Of a stretch of DNA of 64,000 bases, positions 37,345 through 47,191 are shown piece after piece. Position 1 is the stretch's first letter; each line of letters starts with the position of its first letter. Made by a program: the position numbers and the translations under genes. The notes under the pieces were generated by a model. The model was not told the DNA's origin. It searched no databases and saw nothing but the letters and a program-made list of their open reading frames with translations. Location: sequence record MN047793.1; one strand, given 5' to 3'.

Positions 37345-38894
37345 TTTGAATCTCCAAGATAGTTAATCGATGACATCAAATCTTCTAGGCCGTTTCCGTT
37401 AGATAATTTTTTCTTAATTACCTTTTTGGGTGGAACTGGCTCAGGGGTATCTTCTTCCCACGGTACTGCGTCTAATGGAGTAGATGTCGCTACAGGAGTT
37501 GGTTTACTGCTAGGCTTATCATCGTCATAAGATAATAATGCCTGCCCATCATTGTCTTCCTGACTATCATCAGCGGTATAATTATCTCCACCTGGGAGCT
37601 TAAGATTAGTCGTCAGACTATTCATGAGTTTCTTCTTTTTAGAAGGAATTGCCATGATGTTCGTGGTCTTAACGATACCGTCCGTAATTTGTAGAGTATC
37701 CGCGTTGAATTTAAGCTGTTTTGATGTTCCTACTGCTGATGAAGATCGCGTTTTTAAGAAATGAATAATCATATCTCCTTGTACACGCATAGCAGGGTCC
37801 ATAAAGATTGAAATATAATTATCCACAGTGTTTACCTTAGTAATACCACCAGCAATTACGCCTTGGTCTGGTGATGGCATGCGTAACGCTTCGCGATTCT
37901 GCTGGGATGCAGATAGCATGATAGCATCATAGACGTAAGCTACTTCCGAAAGCTGTTCTGACTTCAGCTTATCTTGCTCCGATACTCCCATAGACTTAAC
38001 GCCACCATTTGGGGTCATTAGATCGAGGTAGTCAACAATAATTACATCAGGCTTGGCATTGAATGTAAGTTCGTAATGCTTTAAGTATGATCGAATATCG
38101 TTAGCAGTAGACCCGTTAGGAATACGTTTGATTAAGAATGAACCACCATTAGTGGACTGCTCCATTAATCGCTGGCTGATTAATGGAATATTATCCTTCC
38201 ACTCCATCGCCTTAGTTCCAGACATAATTGCGCTGTTACGCAAAAAGATCATGTCTTCTGAAAGTTCTAAGGATAACAGTAGGACTCTATATCCACGTGC
38301 TGCATAGTTTGCACCAATATTGGCAAGCATGATGGATTTACCACCACCAGAGTTTGCCGAGAATAATGTAAATTGCTTACGCGCAAGTCCACCACCCAAC
38401 GGCTCATCGATACCAAGAATTCCGGTAGGTTCGTATATTTGATGATCTACAAGGCGTCGTAGACGTTCTTCAGGGTCCACGAACATGTCCACACCCACAT
38501 CCTTAGCCAGTCCAATTTCTAGTGCTGCTTGGATAGCTTGGTGGATTGTAGAGAATTGTTGTGTATCCCGACTCATTACCTTTGGGATAGAGTCTTGGAT
38601 AGCATTAAATAATGCTTGTTGCTTACAGAATAACTCAATCTCATCACATGTAGACTGTTCTTCTGATACCGGAATAATTCCACGTTCCTCATAGTCCATT
38701 TCACCGAACTTTGCAACTACAGCTTTCATGCTGGGGATATTGTGGTATTTTTCGTAATACTCCGTGATGTATTGGACCGTGGGTCGATACTCGGGATCAA
38801 AAAATTCAGAATCTAGGATGCTGATACATCTTGAAAACACTTCTTTACTCGAAAGAAGCGTTTCAATGGTTAGTTTTTGTTCGTTAGAATTCAT
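37341..38894 (-). CDS. gp41: Replicative DnaB-like helicase (gp41-like)
   Basis: ANSGGGKS, LSLELSE, IIVDYLDLM, SASQQNR, FLKTR. Confidence 0.9.
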   Translation of the reverse strand: MNSNEQKLTIETLLSSKEVFSRCISILDSEFFDPEYRPTVQYITEYYEKYHNIPSMKAVVAKFGEMDYEERGIIPVSEEQSTCDEIELFCKQQALFNAIQDSIPKVMSRDTQQFSTIHQAIQAALEIGLAKDVGVDMFVDPEERLRRLVDHQIYEPTGILGIDEPLGGGLARKQFTLFSANSGGGKSIMLANIGANYAARGYRVLLLSLELSEDMIFLRNSAIMSGTKAMEWKDNIPLISQRLMEQSTNGGSFLIKRIPNGSTANDIRSYLKHYELTFNAKPDVIIVDYLDLMTPNGGVKSMGVSEQDKLKSEQLSEVAYVYDAIMLSASQQNREALRMPSPDQGVIAGGITKVNTVDNYISIFMDPAMRVQGDMIIHFLKTRSSSAVGTSKQLKFNADTLQITDGIVKTTNIMAIPSKKKKLMNSLTTNLKLPGGDNYTADDSQEDNDGQALLSYDDDKPSSKPTPVATSTPLDAVPWEEDTPEPVPPKKVIKKKLSNGNGLEDLMSSINYLGDSK

Positions 38895-38975
38895 GCTGTT
38901 CCGTTACTTATGGCGAGAACATTAGCATTTGTAATTATAATTATCAAGTGCTTTATTGCATGACAAAACTAATAG

Positions 38976-40634
38976 TTAAGATTTTTTATTATAATCTTCT
39001 GAAAGTTTAGATGGTGGAGTCACCGAAGACGTTTCCGGATTATCGTATTCTTGGAGAAGTGGCTTAGCGTCTCGTATACTAGCACGAGTATCCCTTTCAA
39101 GGAATAGCCATTTATTCTTCTTAGCAGACCATCTATAAAGTCGTGCAGGAATGTTCTTACCTACATATGTATACGTGAGACGATGGTATGCACCATCATC
39201 TGGGTTTTTGGGCCATTCATCTGATTCAGTAAACGATTCACCATTAGGCGGCATAGCGTCTAATCCATACACGCTACGATTTCTATCATGGCGTCGCATA
39301 TCTTTACCTTTCTTATCACCCCAATCAATTACATCCTGAGATAATTTAGCTACACCAGAATAATCAACACCTTTCTCCGGGACCATAGTATTAGCCTCCG
39401 CATCAATATTTTGAGTAATACTTGAATAGTCTTGGTATTTCTTATTATTGACACCATCATCAATATCCATCAAGCCGGACTCGTTCATAGTACGGGTCAA
39501 TTTACCCATAATATCCTGTGTCTCTTGAGTAGCCATTGCTGGCTTACAAGTCAGTTTCTGTATAGTCGGTTTCCATGTAGGGGTGTAGCCATTAATGCTC
39601 CAACCCACATCGTGAACTTCTAAGTACTTTAACACCGGCTTCATGTCTGGAGTATACTGTGTCTCACTAGGGAGTTGAACAATATCACCAATTACAAATG
39701 GACGGCCTAATCGTGCTACCGTATTACGGAAGCCAACTTCGAGATATACGTTATCAGTATCAAATGCCATGCCCCATTTATTATTAACACTCTGCACGTC
39801 GTTAGGCATATATGAGCATTTCATGGTAACAGCTTCTTCCTGATAATCGCGGTCACGATTCTCTAAAAGGAATTTGTCTTGAATATTTGATATAGCAGTT
39901 TTTTCGTAATCGATTAACTGAAGTGCTCTTACTGACCAAAAATCATCAACCCCGCCATTAAATTTGACAGGACGTAATCTCCAGTATCTTGAGGGTACAC
40001 TAGAATTGAATGATAATGTCGCCATACCATCACAGTCGGCTACATCTACCATAGCTACACCAAACCACTTCTTACCATCAACCGAACGCTCAACGCGTAC
40101 TTTAGTAACTCGATTAACTGAGTTACACCCCTGAACAATTTTGATTGTAGAAATATTCTTTTTTACGTAGGTTTCGATACCGTAGCGTACACGACCATTT
40201 TCCAGTAGAATTGGACCAAAGTCGTATCCAATGAATGCTTTCCCTACAACATCCGCGCCAGTTTCCGCAGAACGCCATTCGGTCACATACTTATCGAATG
40301 CGTTCTTTGGGGGGAAGTTTCCAAGATAACTGCTAGCCATTGACGCACCCGTGCCACTAAGATCAGTTAACGACCCCTGTTCGTGAACGCCTAGTAATTT
40401 ATGTACATTTAATATAGCGCCACCAACATTGATTACTTCCTCAATATAATCAGTGATTACACAGGTCTCATCACTTTGACTTAAATCCCAAGGGCTACAT
40501 GGGTCATTTTCTGGGCACAAGGTAGTACCATCCGGTTGCACTACACAACCGGTATTAGTATCAACCCCATTTTCATCAATCGTACATTCGTTATATTGTC
40601 CGCCGCACGGCTTACATGGATTATTCATACTCAT
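38976..40634 (-). CDS. gp14: Neck/head-completion protein (gp14-like) with inserted F5/8 type C (discoidin) domain
   Basis: Follows gp13; IQDKFLLENRDRDY; insert ASSYLG...KNAFD...WRS...GYDFG...RSVDGKKW...SRYWRL. Confidence 0.65.
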   Translation of the reverse strand: MSMNNPCKPCGGQYNECTIDENGVDTNTGCVVQPDGTTLCPENDPCSPWDLSQSDETCVITDYIEEVINVGGAILNVHKLLGVHEQGSLTDLSGTGASMASSYLGNFPPKNAFDKYVTEWRSAETGADVVGKAFIGYDFGPILLENGRVRYGIETYVKKNISTIKIVQGCNSVNRVTKVRVERSVDGKKWFGVAMVDVADCDGMATLSFNSSVPSRYWRLRPVKFNGGVDDFWSVRALQLIDYEKTAISNIQDKFLLENRDRDYQEEAVTMKCSYMPNDVQSVNNKWGMAFDTDNVYLEVGFRNTVARLGRPFVIGDIVQLPSETQYTPDMKPVLKYLEVHDVGWSINGYTPTWKPTIQKLTCKPAMATQETQDIMGKLTRTMNESGLMDIDDGVNNKKYQDYSSITQNIDAEANTMVPEKGVDYSGVAKLSQDVIDWGDKKGKDMRRHDRNRSVYGLDAMPPNGESFTESDEWPKNPDDGAYHRLTYTYVGKNIPARLYRWSAKKNKWLFLERDTRASIRDAKPLLQEYDNPETSSVTPPSKLSEDYNKKS

Positions 40635-43567
40635 CCTAAAATGAAATGGCTTCGCATTCCAACACCAACAGCATCTTGCATTACCATATCTGATAATTCG
40701 TCTTCTAATGCTGTGCGTTCAGCTTCTACTTGAGTAGATAGTTCACTAGCATTTAATGTAGTTGAACCATTTGGACCCGGTAATGTTTGGAACTTACCTC
40801 TAACAGCGGCCAACATACTTTTGGCTTCCATAATTGCCCAACGCTGAATAAAATGGGAGGTCTCGCGGTCAGTTAATAGGTCTTGCTCTGTACGTTCAAT
40901 CATACAATCAATCAATACTCGTTCCTTACCGCCAAGTGAACTATGCATACGTAGCTCACGTGTTCGCTCTGTCCACTGATACATTATTCTCTCGGCAAAT
41001 AAGGTTTCTAACTCTTCCAAGTAAGAAGCGGTCAAGTGATATGTCAAAATATCGAATGTTCCCAGAGTATACATCTGCTGGAGTGCGGCATAAGAGAACA
41101 TATCATTCTGAGCATAATTCGTTTTAAATGCAGTACCACGTGTTCTATAAATGCTCGTGATATTGGTAATCTTATTGAAGCCAACACACTCATTAGTTAA
41201 TTGATAAACTTGTTGGTTTGGCTTCATATCTAGGAAGAATAACCCTCGTAGATAGCCGAAACTAGAACGCTTACGAATAACAAGTAATGCATTATCAATA
41301 GCGTAGTCCAATTGTTCTTTAGTAAGCTCTACTGTAACTGATGGAGCACCTAATGCAATACGAATCGTGTCAGCAAGCTTACGACGCTCTACAGGGTCAC
41401 CATCGTCACCGATACCTAGCTGCTTATAGGACGGGCCTCCTACTAGACCTGTAGAGCCTCCCACGGCATCATGATACATCACTGATGGACGTAGATAGGT
41501 GAATAGATTGTCGGTTTCGATTAGTACTTTAAATTCAGTATCACAGTCTGTACAACCACGCTTCTTTGTTCTGAAGCGAAGCGTTTCACGTTCTTCCTTA
41601 CAGGTACGGTATCTAAATTCCACACTAGCAAACGCGGTTGTAGGAATCCATGTAACTCCGTCCCATTCTAATAGAACGTCATCAATGGTGTTAAACCATA
41701 CGTCACCCTTTTTTGGTATTAACGGAATCGTACTGAAATATACTTGAACCCATTCACCATTACGGCGGACCATTAACTCCTGCATGTCCGGATTATACCA
41801 GAACACATCGTCAGAGATTAGATATGGATTATTATCAGAAATGATAGGAGAAAGGTCAATCCAGTTTGCACCGTCCCATTCCTTCCATTTATCTTTCCAG
41901 TTCCAAATAGTTCCAACTGGAAGATTCTTCGGGTCATACTCACTAAAGATCACTTCAGCCTCATCACAGCCGGCTGTTAAGATTTTAATAATTTTGTTAG
42001 TAGTTGGATTGTACCACACTGCACAGTCCGGCAGTGCTGATGGAATTCGTGGGTCAGTTGCCGTCTGATAGAACGCTGCTACTTCAACCCACTTCCCATT
42101 TACCGCATCCCATGCAAAGATTTTATCTCTTACAGAATTCCACCATGTATCACATGATTTACGATTGGTAGGGTCAGTCGCGAATGCCAAATATCCAGCT
42201 TCTACCCATGTGTCGTTAGCAGCATTACGTTGATAGAATTTTCCGGTTGATGGGACAAACCAATACATTCCTGCAACTGGTACAGGGGTCTTAGGAAAAT
42301 TACCAGATTTAGTAGGTTCTTTATACACTACATTTTCTAGTAAAACAAATTCTCCATTAAGAAGTACTTTCATCTTCTTTTCGGTTTCATCGTACCAATA
42401 AGTACCTTCATCGAGCATATTAGGATCAACAGCCCAATAGATTACATTAGCATCTTCCCATTTTTTAAATTCTGTAGACCAATGGAAAATACCTAAAGTT
42501 GTAGTGTCGTACCAATACGTGTTACTTCCGATTAACGGTGGAAGAAGTGGATTGCGCTCAGAAATGAACACACATAGTTTACACCAATGGTTGTTATCCC
42601 ATTCCCAAGCATCTGTACCATCAAACCAAATCTGCCCATCAACAGGTTTCGTTGGGTCAGTTTCCTGAACGATAATATTAGTGACCTCTACCCATCCATT
42701 ACTTTGGTAAAGTGATAGCTTCTTTGTTTCTGGACTATACCAATATGTCCCGATTAATGGGATTGCCGGATTACTTTTTGACCAGATTAAATCTTGTTCT
42801 AGATTTTTCCAACCATCCCAGAGAAATAACGCTTCATTAGCTTCATCAAGGTAATATTCTCCTGTATTAGGAGCATTAGGTCCGCGTGGTGGACATGCAG
42901 ATTCTGCGAATGCTACATTAATAGCATCTACTAAAGATTTATATGTTAAGGCTTCACGACCCTTTATAACAAACTCGTGACGCTTACAGCACATCTGTAT
43001 AGCAAACTTATATTCACGATTTGCTTCTAAGCCACTTAAATTATTGATAGAAACTGGTACCTGTGAAACGATACTGATATCTTGATATGCAGACGTATCG
43101 TCAGTCAGCTTTTCGCCCACACCACTTGGTAGAGAATATGCATGCACACCTTCTCTATGGTATCGACCTTGTGCGTCTACTGCATATCCAGAAATATAAT
43201 ATGGGGTACGTGGAGACAAACCGTCTATATCTAATGATACGGTCTTTTTGTCATTATAAAAAGCACCTACTACCAGAGAAGTATCTAATTTATCTCCGAC
43301 ATGTACGTCACGATCCCCCGTAGCGTCAGCATTATAATACTTGGCGTCTTTGGGGGAAGTGCTCAGATAATTAGCTGGTACATTGTCAAGAGTTACTACA
43401 ATACCGTCATATGCTTGATTTTCAGCATTACATCCAACTGATGGACGAGGAATGTTCCAAGTAATACGACCAGTCGTTTCTGATAAACGAACGAACTTGA
43501 TGGTAATCTCTTGACCTTCTTTGCGGATTTGATCCGGGCCATCTGCGAATTTAGTATATGTTCCCAT
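40631..43567 (-). CDS. gp13: Neck protein (gp13-like C-terminal domain) with FN3-like N-terminus and Trp-rich repeats
   Basis: LGAPSVTVELTKEQLDYAIDNAL, GKFQTLPGP, LNASEL; GLSPRTPYYISGYAVD; many G..W(Y/F)...W repeats. Confidence 0.75.
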   Translation of the reverse strand: MGTYTKFADGPDQIRKEGQEITIKFVRLSETTGRITWNIPRPSVGCNAENQAYDGIVVTLDNVPANYLSTSPKDAKYYNADATGDRDVHVGDKLDTSLVVGAFYNDKKTVSLDIDGLSPRTPYYISGYAVDAQGRYHREGVHAYSLPSGVGEKLTDDTSAYQDISIVSQVPVSINNLSGLEANREYKFAIQMCCKRHEFVIKGREALTYKSLVDAINVAFAESACPPRGPNAPNTGEYYLDEANEALFLWDGWKNLEQDLIWSKSNPAIPLIGTYWYSPETKKLSLYQSNGWVEVTNIIVQETDPTKPVDGQIWFDGTDAWEWDNNHWCKLCVFISERNPLLPPLIGSNTYWYDTTTLGIFHWSTEFKKWEDANVIYWAVDPNMLDEGTYWYDETEKKMKVLLNGEFVLLENVVYKEPTKSGNFPKTPVPVAGMYWFVPSTGKFYQRNAANDTWVEAGYLAFATDPTNRKSCDTWWNSVRDKIFAWDAVNGKWVEVAAFYQTATDPRIPSALPDCAVWYNPTTNKIIKILTAGCDEAEVIFSEYDPKNLPVGTIWNWKDKWKEWDGANWIDLSPIISDNNPYLISDDVFWYNPDMQELMVRRNGEWVQVYFSTIPLIPKKGDVWFNTIDDVLLEWDGVTWIPTTAFASVEFRYRTCKEERETLRFRTKKRGCTDCDTEFKVLIETDNLFTYLRPSVMYHDAVGGSTGLVGGPSYKQLGIGDDGDPVERRKLADTIRIALGAPSVTVELTKEQLDYAIDNALLVIRKRSSFGYLRGLFFLDMKPNQQVYQLTNECVGFNKITNITSIYRTRGTAFKTNYAQNDMFSYAALQQMYTLGTFDILTYHLTASYLEELETLFAERIMYQWTERTRELRMHSSLGGKERVLIDCMIERTEQDLLTDRETSHFIQRWAIMEAKSMLAAVRGKFQTLPGPNGSTTLNASELSTQVEAERTALEDELSDMVMQDAVGVGMRSHFILG

Positions 43568-43602
43568 TGTTACTCTCTATTTGTTGGAGTATTTATCACT
43601 AA

Positions 43603-44283
43603 TTAATGATCAACAGGTTCGATGAGTTGACCCTTATACATCTTACCAGTAATATCACCATTTAGACTTCTGATCGAACGCTCGGCATCACCAAGAATCG
43701 TCGTCATTAATAAATTAATCATTAATAATAGAGTGTTCGTTCTGGCGATGTTTGAGGAATAGATACTAGTCTTACCAATAGTTTCTACTTGATTGAATAG
43801 CATGTCGATAAATGGATGAATCCATCGAGAGAACTTAGTGATAACAACGTCCGGAATACCTTCCATTCGAGAATTTGCTGTGGCCGTAGAAACCATTGCA
43901 CTTAATCGGTTAGTAATTTCGATAGTCCACTGTTCTGCTGACCAACTTTTCATTTCAGTTGCAGCAATATCTTTACAGCCGTCTAAAATAGCAGTGATGT
44001 AGATACGCAAAAGATCAATAACGATACGCTGACGTACAGGAGCTTCAGGGAATACTTCAAGATTCGGTATCTCAAATGCTAGTCTATACTGTGCAGTAGA
44101 AAACACTGTGTGGTAACGTAATTCAGTTTCGTTACCCACACGAATACCACTACGCTCGGCAATCTTCTTAAAATTGATCTGTTTAATCCACTGCATAGCA
44201 GCAGTACCGCCAAGACATAGTAGGATGAAGGCAACAAGACCCGGCCACCCTACTTGTAGCAGTATTTTCGCAAAGATTTCCAC
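43603..44283 (-). CDS. Single-TM membrane protein, holin candidate (T4 T-like topology)
   Basis: One N-terminal TM plus about 190-aa soluble domain; close to the endolysin; AATAAATA at 44309..44316. Confidence 0.4.
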   Translation of the reverse strand: MEIFAKILLQVGWPGLVAFILLCLGGTAAMQWIKQINFKKIAERSGIRVGNETELRYHTVFSTAQYRLAFEIPNLEVFPEAPVRQRIVIDLLRIYITAILDGCKDIAATEMKSWSAEQWTIEITNRLSAMVSTATANSRMEGIPDVVITKFSRWIHPFIDMLFNQVETIGKTSIYSSNIARTNTLLLMINLLMTTILGDAERSIRSLNGDITGKMYKGQLIEPVDH

Positions 44284-44307
44284 TGTTGATCCTAATAGTT
44301 TATACTA

Positions 44308-44655
44308 TTATTTATTTTTCAGTGTAAGGTTATTCGATTTAATTTGTTTACATTTTGTCCCTGTCCAGTCTTGCATCTTATTAGATGTCCAACAGGGGAT
44401 GTATTCTTTGTTGGTGTCCGTGATAACTACGAACTTTTTGAGTATGGGAGTCGTCTTCTCAAACTCCCATAGAATTTTAACTACGTCTGTCGGCTTAAGT
44501 GACAAGTATAATTTCTCTTTATCGTAAGATTCCAATACAGGAATTTTACAGTACTTAGTCACAGTGTACTCAATAGTATGGGTAATGTTTTCTACCCCTG
44601 CTTTTTTGAGCAATTCCTTTGCTTCATAGTACTGTTTAAATGAGATATGTTTCAT
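44308..44655 (-). CDS. Hypothetical protein
   Basis: 115 aa; N-terminus MKHISFKQYYE. Confidence 0.6.
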   Translation of the reverse strand: MKHISFKQYYEAKELLKKAGVENITHTIEYTVTKYCKIPVLESYDKEKLYLSLKPTDVVKILWEFEKTTPILKKFVVITDTNKEYIPCWTSNKMQDWTGTKCKQIKSNNLTLKNK

Positions 44656-44657
44656 GC

Positions 44658-44924
44658 TTACCGTAAGTCAATGTATGCCAATTCTAAGTTACTGCGGATA
44701 AAAATATCCCAGCCACATATATCTAGTCTTTCACTTTCCGTAATGAAATCCACAATGAATACATTACCATGAATGTAGCCAGATATGAAGTCTACAACTT
44801 CTCCGGCTACTTTACGTCCATAATAAACCTTACCTTCATCAATAAACCAAACGGTGTCAATATTAATATCAACACCGTAGTTAGTTATGGCTCTCTTAAA
44901 ATATCGTTGTTGATCAATATTCAT
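44658..44924 (-). CDS. Hypothetical protein
   Basis: 88-aa ORF coupled to the endolysin stop. Confidence 0.55.
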   Translation of the reverse strand: MNIDQQRYFKRAITNYGVDINIDTVWFIDEGKVYYGRKVAGEVVDFISGYIHGNVFIVDFITESERLDICGWDIFIRSNLELAYIDLR

Positions 44925-45637
44925 TTAATATTTAAAATGGTCTTTGCTAGCTTGAGATATTTCTGTCGATCATCTAGGCCATTAGGAGTTGCTTTGTGTT
45001 CAGAATTTCCTAGGTTAATAACTTTGGATACTCTGAGAACATCATCTTTATCCGCCCATTTTGATAGATTGTTATTATCCCAATACCACAATGATGATAA
45101 CACCGCATCTAATGGCTGTGCAGCTAGTGTCGGGTCATCAACTAAACGATTATCTCCATACTGAGCTTGTGAATATGATGCATAATTTCCTTTACCTGTT
45201 AACTGGAAGTATCCACGACCACGATACTTAAATCCATCACCACTAGCTTCATTACCATTACCGTTTCGATTAGCATATGCTCGATTAGCAATAGCTTCTG
45301 GCTTACGTGCATATTGATTACGAATTGCATCAGTAGGAAAATACTTGGAGAAAGTAATTGCTAGACCGTCCGCACTATAATTTGTATTTTCAGTAGTTTT
45401 ACTGAAAAGGGTAGATTCATGTGCAGCTTGTGCTAAAAAATGTGCGATGCGAAGTGGTGTATTTACTTTGCTGGCACTAATAGCTTTTACGATTACATCA
45501 GCTGCATCAGCTGGTAGCTTTGGAGCAAATTTTAGTAGTAATTCTTTAGTTAATATAGACACAGAGGTCTCCTTTACTGGTAATAGGTCTAGCCCTGGAG
45601 TTTCAAAATACTTGATAAAAGGGTTGAATTCGTTCAT
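44921..45637 (-). CDS. Glycoside hydrolase family 19 endolysin
   Basis: RIAHFLAQAAHES, YRGRGYFQLTGKGNY, VSKVIN; start set to ATG 45637 because the longer frame runs through the terminator. Confidence 0.9.
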   Translation of the reverse strand: MNEFNPFIKYFETPGLDLLPVKETSVSILTKELLLKFAPKLPADAADVIVKAISASKVNTPLRIAHFLAQAAHESTLFSKTTENTNYSADGLAITFSKYFPTDAIRNQYARKPEAIANRAYANRNGNGNEASGDGFKYRGRGYFQLTGKGNYASYSQAQYGDNRLVDDPTLAAQPLDAVLSSLWYWDNNNLSKWADKDDVLRVSKVINLGNSEHKATPNGLDDRQKYLKLAKTILNIK

Positions 45638-45665
45638 AAGATTATTTATTATTAATTGACCACAC

Positions 45666-45702
45666 AAAAAGAAATGGAGCCTTTCGGCTCCATTTCTTTT
45701 TT
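45666..45702 (-). terminator. Intrinsic terminator after the major capsid gene, GAAA loop
   Basis: AAAAAGAAATGGAGCC-GAAA-GGCTCCATTTCTTTTT. Confidence 0.85.
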
Positions 45703-45719
45703 CTTCAACCACCAATCAA

Positions 45720-47111
45720 TTAGACTTGGCTTAGGTTTAGGACATTTAGACGACCGTAGTAGTCGGCTGAGTTACCTAGTGACGTGGTTGGGTCAGTGAA
45801 GGCTAGCTTCGCGTAACGTGTCATTAGGGACATGCTTGGGTTGTAGGTATCAGCATTTAGCACAACACCGCTTGCCATTAGAGGAATGTATGGGCAGTAG
45901 AAGTAGCCTGCGTCAGTTTCACCGTTACCACCCTTGTAACCTAGTAGGATACGGTTTGTTGCGCTTGCGCCTAGTTGCTCTTGGTTCCAAATGTAGCTGT
46001 AAACCTTGATGGTGCCGTTTAGAGTACCAACCAACATTGTGTTGTTCGGACCCTTGAATGAACCAGCAACCGCAGGAGCGAACACAGCCTTAGCAGCTGA
46101 CTGTAGGATTGACACGATGACTGGAGAAACTACGATGTAGTTAGCAGCACCACGACGAGTCTTACGAGCGATTTCGTTCGCGATTTCGTTGATGTATACG
46201 GCTAGGTGTGAGTAACGGTCACCTGACCATGCTGGAGCATAAGCACCACCGGCTGAAGCGTTGAAATCGAAGGTGCGAACAGTACCAGCTAGGCCGTATA
46301 GGTCCTGGATGATTTCTGAGTCTAGTTCCTGTACGATTTCTGCTGAAAGAACCTTAGTCATTTCTGACTCTAGGTCTAGGCCGTGCTGGCTGTTTAGGTC
46401 CTGCATAGCTTCGATTGTCCAACCAGCCTGTAGCTTACGTGAACCAGCTTCGACAGCCTGTGAGATGACCTTTAGGCTCATCTTACGACCACCTGAAGAC
46501 TCTAGGTGTCCGCCACCGCCACCTAGTAGTGAACCACCTACTGGTACGCTGTAAGCACCGAAGTTCATGGTACCAGCATCGTATGAAGTTACGTTGTCAG
46601 CAGCCGGTGAACCCCATGCAGTACCTTGACCAGTAGCAGCATTGATGTTACCCGGTGAAGCTGGGCCTAGGCCTGAAGAACCGGCAGGAACGCCAGTACC
46701 GATTGTGCCTGAGTAGAACTGACGGATTGGCTTGGCGTTACCGAAAGCTTCGTCACCAGCTACGATGTCATATCCACCAAATAGTGAACGTGATGCAGCG
46801 TGCTGTGCGTCTTCAGCGTAGGTATAGCGCATGGTGTAAGCCTGTGAAACTGGGCCTGACATCGGCTGCACACCGACTAGTTCTGTTGCGATGGTGCCTG
46901 GGATAATACGGCGAATCATCGGAAGAAGAGTCTTACGGAAATTAGCAATATCAGCAGTTTGTACAGCACCGGCAGAAGCAGTTTCGTTTAGAAGAGCAGA
47001 CTTCTGGTTTTCTAGTAGCGGAGCTACGATGCTTTTCTGGTCAGGTGATAGACCTTCTAGTAGAGCGGACTTAGCTTCCTGCCAGCCAGTGGTTAATAGT
47101 TCGGTAGACAT
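45720..47111 (-). CDS. gp23: Major capsid protein
   Basis: LVGVQPMSGP, WTIEAMQDL, IARKTRRGAAN, LGYKG, GYFYCPY, MTRYA; AGGAG SD. Confidence 0.95.
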   Translation of the reverse strand: MSTELLTTGWQEAKSALLEGLSPDQKSIVAPLLENQKSALLNETASAGAVQTADIANFRKTLLPMIRRIIPGTIATELVGVQPMSGPVSQAYTMRYTYAEDAQHAASRSLFGGYDIVAGDEAFGNAKPIRQFYSGTIGTGVPAGSSGLGPASPGNINAATGQGTAWGSPAADNVTSYDAGTMNFGAYSVPVGGSLLGGGGGHLESSGGRKMSLKVISQAVEAGSRKLQAGWTIEAMQDLNSQHGLDLESEMTKVLSAEIVQELDSEIIQDLYGLAGTVRTFDFNASAGGAYAPAWSGDRYSHLAVYINEIANEIARKTRRGAANYIVVSPVIVSILQSAAKAVFAPAVAGSFKGPNNTMLVGTLNGTIKVYSYIWNQEQLGASATNRILLGYKGGNGETDAGYFYCPYIPLMASGVVLNADTYNPSMSLMTRYAKLAFTDPTTSLGNSADYYGRLNVLNLSQV

Positions 47112-47191
47112 TTTTAACTCCTATGTTATGTAAATTTGTCTTAAAATTTGAAACGTTTATTACTTTATACAGCCTAAATAATCAGCTTAAA

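Noticed and set aside
21562-38894. Inteins or introns in UvsW, UvsX, terminase or gp41
   Set aside because: All are of normal length with contiguous motifs; no Cys/Ser...His-Asn insertions or homing endonuclease motifs
45638-45715. N-terminal extension of the endolysin as a signal or SAR sequence
   Set aside because: This stretch is the capsid terminator and a late motif; the real start is most likely ATG 45637
45818-47133. Several antisense ORFs over the major capsid gene
   Set aside because: Expected from strong codon bias of a highly expressed gene; no independent signals
47174-47180. Plus-strand CTAAATA pointing antisense into the scaffold gene
   Set aside because: Single short match in AT-rich DNA with no downstream gene; likely chance
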